64,000 bases of DNA. Origin: Klebsiella phage vB_KM5a1-KLB31. Both the position numbers and the translations under genes were made by a program. The notes below the pieces were generated by a model, which worked only from the letters and a program-made list of their open reading frames with translations, made no database searches and had not been told where the DNA came from. Below, piece after piece: positions 17,182-25,785 of the stretch (position 1 is its first letter; each line of letters begins with the position of its first letter). The stretch lies in the sequence record PP582757.1; one strand, given 5' to 3'.

Positions 17182-18203
17182 GCGCGTGCATAACGTGATA
17201 GACGCATTTTAGCCATTAGCCCCTGTTCGGTATTAGCATTCATATAGGCTAATATTTGTTCAGGGGTAGCCCCATCGTCCTTCACCATATCATTTATATC
17301 CTTCGAAGGCCATTTGACCTTATCCCAGAACACAATACGTTCACCTGCTTCAATCAGACGAGTCATGCGCTTTATCGTATCAGGGTGTCGTTGTTCACTA
17401 TCCATAACCCACACACGAGTCTCTTTAAAAGGCACCATATTTAAGTCCAGGGAGCCGCCTGTTATCGCGATGCTATTCGGTATGAATAAACTATCAATAG
17501 GACCTTCCATCACCCAGACACGTTTACGTTCGTCTACAGTATCTAGTCCGTAGATTTTAGTTGCGTCATCATGGGCTTTGATTGTAATGTACTTTTGAGG
17601 AGCATCTTTTCTAAGCGCTCGTCCTTGGAATGATTCGATTTCTTTTTGCTCGTTTCGGATAGGAATAACCAAGCGCGGTTCATTCGTTTCATTCTTGTAC
17701 GTCCCAGGTTTAATTGAGTTACATAGAGCAGGCCATTGCATTGTAAACCACAGACGATGCCAGGCACTTTTCGGAATACAACGTGAAGTAACATATTTCA
17801 CAATTGGATGCGAAGGGTCTAAACGATCAATACGCTCACAGAAATCAAGCTTTTCAATAACAGGCATCTTTGCCTGAATCTTTTCAGATACTTCGACTTT
17901 ACGAGTCTTACCCATCGCCTGTTCTTTACGCCATTCAACAAGATATTCCCGATAAAGGTCTTCTTCATATTCTTTCAGGTATTTGCTCAAATACATATCA
18001 ACATCGCAGTTAAAGCAATGGATACGCATTGCAGTACCATCTTTAGTTGGATAAGCCCAGAAACGTGCTTTGTGCATGTCTTTTTGGGAATCTCCACAGA
18101 TAGGACAACGACAGTTTAATTTAAAATCACCGTTTGTTACTTGCCTGAATTTAGGCTGGTGGGATAGAGCGCGTATTGCGAATTCTCGGTCTAACCAAGA
18201 CAT
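17178..18203 (-). CDS. 61: DNA primase, gene 61
   Basis: 341 aa; zinc ribbon CRCPICGDS...HCFNCD, TOPRIM-like EGPIDSL; size equals T4 gp61. Confidence 0.85.
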   Translation of the reverse strand: MSWLDREFAIRALSHQPKFRQVTNGDFKLNCRCPICGDSQKDMHKARFWAYPTKDGTAMRIHCFNCDVDMYLSKYLKEYEEDLYREYLVEWRKEQAMGKTRKVEVSEKIQAKMPVIEKLDFCERIDRLDPSHPIVKYVTSRCIPKSAWHRLWFTMQWPALCNSIKPGTYKNETNEPRLVIPIRNEQKEIESFQGRALRKDAPQKYITIKAHDDATKIYGLDTVDERKRVWVMEGPIDSLFIPNSIAITGGSLDLNMVPFKETRVWVMDSEQRHPDTIKRMTRLIEAGERIVFWDKVKWPSKDINDMVKDDGATPEQILAYMNANTEQGLMAKMRLSRYARA

Positions 18204-18212
18204 ATATTCTCC

Positions 18213-18243
18213 TCAAACAAAAAAGGCTCTCGATATGAGAGCC
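18213..18243 (-). terminator. hairpin GGCTCTC-gatat-GAGAGCC plus U-tract upstream of gene 61
   Basis: Plus aaaaaaggctctcgatatgagagcc. Confidence 0.45.
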
Positions 18244-18251
18244 ATTATATA

Positions 18252-18410
18252 TTATTTTTCGGAATCTTCTTTCTTACGCTTTTTAGGAATTTCTTCTGGA
18301 CCTTTATTGGTCACTGCTCCGGTTGTGGTACCGGAGGCGATGTTTGAAGTAGAGCCACCAGAATCACCGGCAACCATTTCTTCGTTTACGAACTCTTTAA
18401 ATGTTTTCAT
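18252..18410 (-). CDS. small acidic ORF (52 aa)
   Basis: MKTFKEFVNEEMVAGDSGG...KKRKKEDSEK; AGGAG SD; below track threshold. Confidence 0.35.
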   Translation of the reverse strand: MKTFKEFVNEEMVAGDSGGSTSNIASGTTTGAVTNKGPEEIPKKRKKEDSEK

Positions 18411-18421
18411 GAGCTCCTGTC

Positions 18422-18598
18422 TTATTTAAGCACACAAATAGCTCGCCCTTCAATAGAAAAAGAATCTACACGCTTTTCCCATTTCTCTGCTGCTTTTTCG
18501 CATTTAACTTCGGCATTTTCGCCAGTGAATTCAACGGTGGTTGTATGGGTACCACCATTTCCTGAAACTAAAGACAAAATTAAAATAAATGTAGCCAT
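18422..18598 (-). CDS. small secreted protein (58 aa) with signal peptide
   Basis: MATFILILSLVSG...; TAATG coupling with upstream gene. Confidence 0.35.
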   Translation of the reverse strand: MATFILILSLVSGNGGTHTTTVEFTGENAEVKCEKAAEKWEKRVDSFSIEGRAICVLK

Positions 18599-18891
18599 TA
18601 TAAACCTATAATATCACAGTGAATGCCTTCCCATGATTCATCGAAATTACGACGATCAATGGCTTCAATAACAGAACGACGATGCTGCTTTTTAAGAGCA
18701 CGAATCTGACGTTTAGTAGGACGAGCCACATAATATTGCATGGTTACGTAACCAAATGGAAGGGTATTTGTACCGCCGGTGTCCAGAAATACTTCCCATT
18801 GAGCTACGGTGTCAATTTCTGCTTTAGTTCCTTTATTTACTACTTCAGGAGAATAATACATTACGATTGTTTTCATTTCTTCATCCAGCAA
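18598..18891 (-). CDS. hypothetical protein
   Basis: 97 aa ORF. Confidence 0.45.
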   Translation of the reverse strand: MLDEEMKTIVMYYSPEVVNKGTKAEIDTVAQWEVFLDTGGTNTLPFGYVTMQYYVARPTKRQIRALKKQHRRSVIEAIDRRNFDESWEGIHCDIIGL

Positions 18892-19253
18892 TTAAAGATT
18901 TGTGAATCGATATCATTCTGAACTTTTGTTTCAGAATAAATGATATCGCCTAATTGGAAGTCGATACATTCAAAATCAGATTGCATCCAGCCTTCTTGAA
19001 GCTCATCGATAATATCTTCATCAATACCTGAAGTTGCCGCAAGCTCAATAGCCAGGCTTTTAAGGACATCGAGTGTCAGACGACGCCCATCACTAGGCAA
19101 TATTGTTCTGTCATCCATATTATCATGGTCAATATAAGTACAGATACTATTTGAATCGATATGAAGCAATACAGTACCAAGCCAGATATTGTGCTCATCA
19201 TATACTTTAAGTTTGCGTTCTACGCGGTCATACTGTAGTTTGAACATGTACAT
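18873..19253 (-). CDS. hypothetical protein
   Basis: 126 aa ORF. Confidence 0.45.
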   Translation of the reverse strand: MYMFKLQYDRVERKLKVYDEHNIWLGTVLLHIDSNSICTYIDHDNMDDRTILPSDGRRLTLDVLKSLAIELAATSGIDEDIIDELQEGWMQSDFECIDFQLGDIIYSETKVQNDIDSQIFNCWMKK

Positions 19254-19606
19254 TAGTCAGGGTCCACAAAGTTAACAGCTTCTTGAGGAGTTTTGCCTTC
19301 ACAGACAACCATTTGAACTGCAATCAAAGTATCTTTGAAGCTATAATCTTCAAAAGTCATAGCACGGTTTTTATCAATTTTGCCACGGAAAATACCTTTA
19401 GCAAAGGCACGCAGTTCAGGCTCATCAACTTCTGCAGAATAGATGCAGTCAGGAGAATTATATCCTTTTTCCATCAAGGAATCTTCTTGCTCTTGACGTT
19501 CTTGTTGCTGAGCGGCTGCCATCATATTAGCAATAGCCATTGAATTAGCAAACGCGCATGTAGAAGCGAACATACCAATGGCGATAATCAAGGAACGTAG
19601 TTTCAT
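19253..19606 (-). CDS. secreted/periplasmic hypothetical protein
   Basis: 117 aa; signal peptide MKLRSLIIAIGMFASTCAFA. Confidence 0.45.
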   Translation of the reverse strand: MKLRSLIIAIGMFASTCAFANSMAIANMMAAAQQQERQEQEDSLMEKGYNSPDCIYSAEVDEPELRAFAKGIFRGKIDKNRAMTFEDYSFKDTLIAVQMVVCEGKTPQEAVNFVDPD

Positions 19607-19743
19607 TCTTCATCTCCTTCAAAGTCAATAGCGTTATCAAGAGCTTCGATGCAATCAACACATGCGTAGCGATTGTTATAATCTAAAATCATATCGGCCT
19701 TATGTTGAAGGCATGAACAATAAAAGCAAAATTTCATTTCCAT

Positions 19744-20034
19744 TTAGATTTCCTCACAGAATGCCCACTCAGCATGATACACTGTGGCACCTTTAACATC
19801 ACTTAAGCAAACCACATTTACCGGTGCAATGACACGATAAAGACGAGGTTCTCCTCCATATGAACGAGCAGCTCTTCCAGCGTAGATTTTGGCAAGACCA
19901 ATATCTTCAGTAAAGAATACTCGACCAAGGTTTTTCTTACGACCAACTTCAGACAAAACTCCAGTTACATCAGGCGGACAAAGCATGAAATCAATGTTTG
20001 CATTACTTGATGAACCGTGGTAGTAAGTTTTCAT
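19744..20034 (-). CDS. hypothetical protein with N-terminal YHGS motif
   Basis: 96 aa; MKTYYHGSSS... See findings for the speculative H-Y-E ART interpretation. Confidence 0.4.
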   Translation of the reverse strand: MKTYYHGSSSNANIDFMLCPPDVTGVLSEVGRKKNLGRVFFTEDIGLAKIYAGRAARSYGGEPRLYRVIAPVNVVCLSDVKGATVYHAEWAFCEEI

Positions 20035-20057
20035 AAGTCCTCCAGTTGGTATGAGTC

Positions 20058-20110
20058 TATAATAACATGTCCTTAGAGGATGTAAACCCCGAAAGGAGGC
20101 CGAAGCCTCC
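20058..20110 (-). promoter_or_regulatory. PeSL-type element E5: UUCG terminator hairpin (GGAGGC-UUCG-GCCUCC) then early promoter GTTTAC-17-TATTAT
   Basis: Minus strand GAGGAGGCTTCGGCCTCCTTTCGGG GTTTAC ATCCTCTAAGGACATGT TATTAT AG. Confidence 0.6.
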
Positions 20111-20112
20111 TC

Positions 20113-21558
20113 TTAGAATTTTAACTGACTTGCAAGTTCGTCAAGGTCACCACGTCCAACACGAGATTGACGATTGGCTTCTGCTACTTTATTCATCTCG
20201 CCTGTGGCTTCACGTACAGTAGAGATAGGAGCTTTATAACCGTTGGCATCATCTTCAACTTCGTACCACTTCTGGTTACCTTTCTTAACACCGATCTTGA
20301 ACTTGTTATAGTAGTTCTTATCGCCATAACGAGACTTCAACTGCTTAATCATTTGTAGACCCATCTGAGCGAACTCTTCTGTTTCTACTACACCCAACAT
20401 AAAGTCAGCGGTGTGCGCAATACCAAATGATTCTGCGATATCAGCCATGTCGATTTCGGCTGCAACGTTAGCACCACGTGTTGTCTGGGCCGCAGTCCAA
20501 AGAACAATTTTCTTTTCTACTGCCAGACCACGAAGTTCTTCTGCAACCATCTTAATAAGACCATAGCTGTTTTCAGAGAACGTCTTAACACGACTTGAAG
20601 CACAAATAGCTAAGTAGTCGACAATAACGATATCAGGAACAAAACCTTGTTTCAGTTTATATTCGTTCAATAATGCACGGAATGTATCGGCATTAGCACC
20701 ACCAGTCGGGTACTGTTTAATCTTCAGTTTACCGAGAGTTTTTGATGCACGCCATTTATCCATCTTGGCTTTATATTCAGGCCAAGAAACATGTCCTTCA
20801 TCAAGGTCATCTAATGTTACATCTAGAAGGTTGGCGTCAATACGTTTACCACATACTTCTTCTGCCATCTCCATGGAGATATAAAGGACATTATAACCAA
20901 GTTGAAGATAATCAGCAGCCAATGAACAAAGACCCAGAGACTTACCCACGTTTGTTCCTGCCAACAGAATATTCTCTGTACCGAACTCAACGCCACCTTT
21001 AGTGATTTTGTTCAGAATATTAATACGGAATGGAACTTTATTTGCCTTGTTCATGTATGATTGGAATCGAGCTTCACTATCATCCATCCAGTCATGTCCA
21101 AGTGCAGAGTCGAAACAAATAGACAGTGCTTCGCGCATGATATCAGGAATCGCACCAATACCAGGGAGCTTACGGTTCTGTTCATTCAATGGCAAGTCGG
21201 CATTCGTCTGGATTTCGATAATCTTTGACGTTGCATTATACATTGCTGCTTTCTGAACATATTTTTCAGTTTCTTTTACCAGCCAATCAAGGTCTTCAGG
21301 CGCTGCAGTTAAATCGGACAGAAGTTGTTTAGTTTCTTGATATGCTATTTCACCGACGTTAGCGTTATCCAATGCAATTTGAAGTGCATTTTTAGAAGGC
21401 ACTGATTGATATTCACTGACATGTGCTTTCAGCAATTTGAATACGTTCTTGGCCGGACCTTGGTCGAAATAGTCCGCATTCATATATGGCCAAACTTGAA
21501 CGAAATAATCCTTATTGCCTAGCAACTGAGCTAGAATTGTTTCTACCACTTCCACCAC
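20113..21558 (-). CDS. 41: replicative DNA helicase (DnaB-like), gene 41
   Basis: 481 aa; Walker A GTNVGKSLGLCS; RecA-like C-terminal fold; size matches T4 gp41. Confidence 0.85.
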   Translation of the reverse strand: MVEVVETILAQLLGNKDYFVQVWPYMNADYFDQGPAKNVFKLLKAHVSEYQSVPSKNALQIALDNANVGEIAYQETKQLLSDLTAAPEDLDWLVKETEKYVQKAAMYNATSKIIEIQTNADLPLNEQNRKLPGIGAIPDIMREALSICFDSALGHDWMDDSEARFQSYMNKANKVPFRINILNKITKGGVEFGTENILLAGTNVGKSLGLCSLAADYLQLGYNVLYISMEMAEEVCGKRIDANLLDVTLDDLDEGHVSWPEYKAKMDKWRASKTLGKLKIKQYPTGGANADTFRALLNEYKLKQGFVPDIVIVDYLAICASSRVKTFSENSYGLIKMVAEELRGLAVEKKIVLWTAAQTTRGANVAAEIDMADIAESFGIAHTADFMLGVVETEEFAQMGLQMIKQLKSRYGDKNYYNKFKIGVKKGNQKWYEVEDDANGYKAPISTVREATGEMNKVAEANRQSRVGRGDLDELASQLKF

Positions 21559-21884
21559 CTTTTCTTCATATTAATTTGTTTGAGCTGTTCATTAATCTGC
21601 ATTGTAACACATTTCTCAACATGTTCTGCGAGTTCGCTCTTACGTTCTTCGGAAGGAGTACCAAAATCAACGGTCACTTGACCTTTTGGAGAAATATCAA
21701 TCTTCGTTACATACACCATATGACTGGAGCCGTCTGGAAGTGTTAATAATATCTCCTGCATAACAGCGCCCATGGACTGTTTAATAATGTCTAAAGACTT
21801 TTCAAAATACCGAGGGTCACTAGGACCCTCAGCACTGTCTTTGACAAAGTTGTCCAGGTCGGACAAATCTAAGTCATCACTCAT
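21543..21884 (-). CDS. hypothetical protein at the gene 40 position
   Basis: 113 aa acidic protein between 41 and uvsX. Confidence 0.35.
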   Translation of the reverse strand: MSDDLDLSDLDNFVKDSAEGPSDPRYFEKSLDIIKQSMGAVMQEILLTLPDGSSHMVYVTKIDISPKGQVTVDFGTPSEERKSELAEHVEKCVTMQINEQLKQINMKKRWWKW

Positions 21885-23067
21885 TAAAGTGTTCCATCAT
21901 GTTGTCTTCCATCTGGTCTAATGCATTTTCGTTATCAGCCGCAGATGGTTTGCCAGGTTTACCCAAGTCTGGAATCTTATTGGATGGTTTAGCATTCAAC
22001 AGATCGGCAACAGCGTCATCGACTTCTTTAATCGAAGAAATTGCACCCAGTTTGTACTTGGTTTCGATTGCATCACGGAATGGTTTATGCTTGAACAGAG
22101 GACCCCAGAATTCAACATCATCGGTTGCCTTAGCACGCCATGATTTTTCTTCTTGAAGCATTTCACCTGTTTCTTCGTCTAGATAAGAACGAGCATACCA
22201 ACCAGCTTTTGGTTTCACTACAAAGCCAAGATCTGTAGCCATTTCCAAGAGACCAGAGAATGGGTCAATACCACCTTTAAAGTTCACCGTAATTGGGAAC
22301 GTGGATTTCTCTTGAACAGTACGAGACTTTTCAGCTTTCAGTGTGAAGTCATAACCGGTGAGTTCAGTACCATCTTTAATCTGACGCTTAGAGATATAGA
22401 ATACCGTCGAAGCGGAATAAAGAATACCAGTACCACCACCCATGATTTCTTTAGGGTACATGCCACCAATTTCCATCGCCGTATGGTTAATCGCTACGCA
22501 CGGAATATCTTTAATAGTCAGATATGGCGTTACGATACGGAACAGAGATTTCAGTGACTTAGCACGAGACATATCACCAACTTCTTTCTCGTCCAAGGCA
22601 TCCTGCGTTTCTTTCTTAGATGCAGTGTTACCGATGGAGTCGATGAAGATAATAACCTTTTCACCACGTTGGATTTCTTCCAGCTGGTTAGTCATATCAA
22701 TCTTCAGTTTTTCTACTGACTGAATCGGAGTATGCACAACACGTTCCAGGTCTACACCCATTGAACGGAAGTAAGATTCAGAAGCACCGAATTCCGAGTC
22801 ATAGAACAGACAAATCGCATCTGGGTATTTCTTCATATATGCGGCAACCATCGTAAGACCAAACAGAGTTTTAAAGTGTTTGGATGGCGCAGCGAAAATA
22901 GTCAGACCAGATTGTAAGCCAGTGTTCAACCCACCACCTAATGCGATATTCAGCATAGGAATACGAGTAGGAACTTCGTCACGACCGTTAAACAGTTTAG
23001 ACTTAGTCAGATCGGCAGTCAGTTTAGTAGTAGAAGCTTTAATCAGGCGAGATTTCAAATCGGACAT
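21877..23067 (-). CDS. uvsX: UvsX recombinase (RecA/Rad51 family)
   Basis: 396 aa; RecA-like core with FAAPSKHFKT P-loop-like segment and C-terminal acidic tail; position after 41/40 as in T4. Confidence 0.85.
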   Translation of the reverse strand: MSDLKSRLIKASTTKLTADLTKSKLFNGRDEVPTRIPMLNIALGGGLNTGLQSGLTIFAAPSKHFKTLFGLTMVAAYMKKYPDAICLFYDSEFGASESYFRSMGVDLERVVHTPIQSVEKLKIDMTNQLEEIQRGEKVIIFIDSIGNTASKKETQDALDEKEVGDMSRAKSLKSLFRIVTPYLTIKDIPCVAINHTAMEIGGMYPKEIMGGGTGILYSASTVFYISKRQIKDGTELTGYDFTLKAEKSRTVQEKSTFPITVNFKGGIDPFSGLLEMATDLGFVVKPKAGWYARSYLDEETGEMLQEEKSWRAKATDDVEFWGPLFKHKPFRDAIETKYKLGAISSIKEVDDAVADLLNAKPSNKIPDLGKPGKPSAADNENALDQMEDNMMEHFNE

Positions 23068-23160
23068 TATATTTTTCCATTAGTCACCATTATATTCTTC
23101 TCACGTTTAAAAGGTAGAGTAATTATATACCCTAGGTTCAACAGCACACAAAACTTTAAA

Positions 23161-23385
23161 CTAACTCAACGTATATGTTTCACCAGTAGGCTTAACCGGA
23201 GTGGATTCACATATCTCGTATTGTTTATGGCATTTCTCACAGAAACCATGCCACCAACAATTCATTCCATCACCACCACAAGTCCCTTCATGAACAAAAC
23301 GCATATGGTTACAATTATAGCAACGGAATTGTGTAGCCTGATAGATTTTATAGGCTACATTACTTTTATCATTAATTATCGACAT
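23161..23385 (-). CDS. Cys/His-rich small protein (putative zinc binding)
   Basis: 74 aa with 9 Cys: CYNCNH...CGGDGMNCWWHGFCEKCHKQYEIC. Confidence 0.4.
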   Translation of the reverse strand: MSIINDKSNVAYKIYQATQFRCYNCNHMRFVHEGTCGGDGMNCWWHGFCEKCHKQYEICESTPVKPTGETYTLS

Positions 23386-23403
23386 ATTTTCCTCACAGGG
23401 CTC

Positions 23404-23955
23404 TTAACGAGCCCATTTGATAATCATTGAAATCAATGCATCACGTTCGCCGGCATTAAAACCTTTGATACGATTATCACCATAATGGTTTAGTAATTGA
23501 TAAATTTCAACATCATTATTAAGAGCGAACTCTTCAAACAATGCAATAACCTTGTTAAAACCTTCAGAACTCAGAGAAATCAAATCATCTTCAAAATCTT
23601 GAGTCATTTCATTACGAGTCAGAATAATTGGCAGAACTTTATGTTCATCACAAAAACGTTGGAAATCTTGTTCATACATATCAAGTTCTTTTTCTGAACC
23701 ATTACGAAGAGCACCATAAACCCAGTTTGAAATATAACCACGGTCTAACAGATAAATCTTAGATGGGTCGAGGTATTTCAGCATGGTTTCAAAGCAGGCC
23801 ACTTCATTACGACTCTTGATATCGAATCGACCATCTACGGTACGTTTAGGGAATTCGATTTTCACATAACGATCAGAGATTTCACAAACATCACGAATAA
23901 AAGTCGTTTTGCCCGCATTATCGCCGCCGTCAACTAAAATAATTTTGGTCTTCAT
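23404..23955 (-). CDS. P-loop nucleoside/nucleotide kinase-like protein
   Basis: 183 aa; Walker A ILVDGGDNAGKTTF. ATGA-coupled to the upstream transferase-position ORF. Confidence 0.5.
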   Translation of the reverse strand: MKTKIILVDGGDNAGKTTFIRDVCEISDRYVKIEFPKRTVDGRFDIKSRNEVACFETMLKYLDPSKIYLLDRGYISNWVYGALRNGSEKELDMYEQDFQRFCDEHKVLPIILTRNEMTQDFEDDLISLSSEGFNKVIALFEEFALNNDVEIYQLLNHYGDNRIKGFNAGERDALISMIIKWAR

Positions 23956-24851
23956 TCGTTAATCACCACATCGTTGTATGAAGGTATATTATATGGCGAA
24001 GAAATATAAGCACCAAAGTAAATGAACTCCGCCAGACCTGGATGGAATACTTTATTTGGGTCTTCAAAGTATTGAATCTTCGGACGTGCAGCCAATGCAC
24101 GATAATACTCTGATTTGCTTAACTTAATTTTGCGAATAACAGCTTCTTCTGGATAACGAGAACGATCAAAACTATCATTTGGGTCTGTGATATAGATTGG
24201 ATTATGAGTCTGGATTCCACATTCTACAACCTGACCAAAACGATAACATTCGTCAGAGATTCGGAATGGGTGGAAAATTCCATCATAACGAATGGGAGGA
24301 AGATCACCCATCATCCGCCGGATTACGCTAGGACGCACTACTTTCTGGTCTACGACAATCTTATAGTCAGTAGCCCCATGTGCAACCAGGACGTCTTTCT
24401 GACACTGATTTAATACAGTAGTCAGCTTACCAAAGTTCACAGACTCAACATCAACATCAATGAACTCATCAATATAATAACGAGGAACTTCTGGGTCTTT
24501 AGTTATATTGAAGTTGAAATACACAGGATGCTTTCCACGATAACCAGTTATATCAGTCACCACACCTACGACATCATAATATTCAACTAAAGAATCAACT
24601 ACGAATTGGTTCTCTTCCCAGAAATGCTTACGTGTTTCATAGGCATTTTCTTTGTACCATAAAGGAACAAATTCGAATTCTGGGAATAATTCACGGAGTT
24701 CGTCGACATCAGTTGCATTATGAGGAACAGCAATGATATCGCCAGAACGGGCACGGTGCAAATGAAGCTGGAAGTTGCCATCCTTAAGGACAGCATACTC
24801 ACCAGTTGCATGAGACCGCATACTAAAGATTGGTACACGGAAATGTGGCAT
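23952..24851 (-). CDS. hypothetical protein occupying the T4 beta-glucosyltransferase slot (candidate hmC-DNA sugar transferase)
   Basis: 299 aa; TAATG-coupled to gene 42; no recognisable similarity to T4 Bgt; role inferred from position only. Confidence 0.35.
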   Translation of the reverse strand: MPHFRVPIFSMRSHATGEYAVLKDGNFQLHLHRARSGDIIAVPHNATDVDELRELFPEFEFVPLWYKENAYETRKHFWEENQFVVDSLVEYYDVVGVVTDITGYRGKHPVYFNFNITKDPEVPRYYIDEFIDVDVESVNFGKLTTVLNQCQKDVLVAHGATDYKIVVDQKVVRPSVIRRMMGDLPPIRYDGIFHPFRISDECYRFGQVVECGIQTHNPIYITDPNDSFDRSRYPEEAVIRKIKLSKSEYYRALAARPKIQYFEDPNKVFHPGLAEFIYFGAYISSPYNIPSYNDVVINE

Positions 24852-25549
24852 TAGTCAAGGAATCCTTTAACATATTCGAAGTCACGTTCGAAAACGTGGG
24901 CTGACACCATTGTATGAGTGTATGTACCTACTTTAACACCGCATTGTTCAGCAATAAAGTGCATCAGTTTGCCTTGGAGATAGAAATCCAATTGCATAAC
25001 AACAGCACAGTTCTGTGAACGCATATGACAATGAGCATGAAGCTTACCATCACGAATATAATATGTCACTGAGTCTGTGCATGGATATTCTAACGATTCG
25101 TCTGAATCAAGTAATGCCTGGTCGGACGATTCCAGGATTTGGAACACAACTCGACGTGAGTTTGGTTTCTCTTTGAGTTCCTTAAGGAGCGCCGGTAACT
25201 GAGCCACGATTCTTGGTCCATAGAACGTGTTGAAATTTGCTGGGAGTGCATCTGATTTTGGTTTTGAAATAAATTTAGCAACATTAGGATATTCCTTAAA
25301 TGCTTCTAATGCATCAGTGCCACCAGAAATCATGAACTTCCAGAAGTCTTCAGCATAATCATAACTAATGCGATTAATACGAGAATCAGACATCTTGAAA
25401 GTTTCTGGATGCTGGACAACTAGAGTCATTGAACCAATTTCATTACAACGACCAATACGAGAATCAGTTACGAATTCTGGGTTGTCGATAATTTCACGGT
25501 TGGCTGCTTTGAATACGTCTTGGAAAAATGGGAAGTTAAAATATTTCAT
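24851..25549 (-). CDS. 42: dCMP hydroxymethylase (thymidylate-synthase fold), gene 42
   Basis: Active-site region EYPCTDSVTYYIRDGKLHAHCHMRSQN matches recalled T4 gp42 (MCTNTVQYLIRDKKINAVVNMRSND). Start at Met whose ATG overlaps the upstream TGA. Confidence 0.8.
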   Translation of the reverse strand: MKYFNFPFFQDVFKAANREIIDNPEFVTDSRIGRCNEIGSMTLVVQHPETFKMSDSRINRISYDYAEDFWKFMISGGTDALEAFKEYPNVAKFISKPKSDALPANFNTFYGPRIVAQLPALLKELKEKPNSRRVVFQILESSDQALLDSDESLEYPCTDSVTYYIRDGKLHAHCHMRSQNCAVVMQLDFYLQGKLMHFIAEQCGVKVGTYTHTMVSAHVFERDFEYVKGFLD

Positions 25550-25785
25550 TCGATTGTGCTCTGACATAGTTTACTCACTTTAAAAATTTCTTGATATATC
25601 GATTTTAACTTATCCGGAGTTTCAGCAAGTTTAATTTTTTCAATATCAAGATTTTCAATAGGGATACCGAATTTGCGTTTGATTTTGCCTATCTTATGTG
25701 TTAAGCAAAATCTGTCAAGAAGTAAATTTATAATTTCTTCATCTATAAGATTGACCTCCTCACGGAGGTCATCAAGTTCTGTCAT
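25546..25785 (-). CDS. chorismate mutase-like protein (AroQ class)
   Basis: 79 aa. LREEVNLIDEEIINLLLDRFCLTHKIGKIK follows the AroQ helix-1 pattern LRxxIDxIDxxLLxLLxxRxxLxxxIGxxK. ATGA-coupled to both neighbours. Confidence 0.55.
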   Translation of the reverse strand: MTELDDLREEVNLIDEEIINLLLDRFCLTHKIGKIKRKFGIPIENLDIEKIKLAETPDKLKSIYQEIFKVSKLCQSTIE

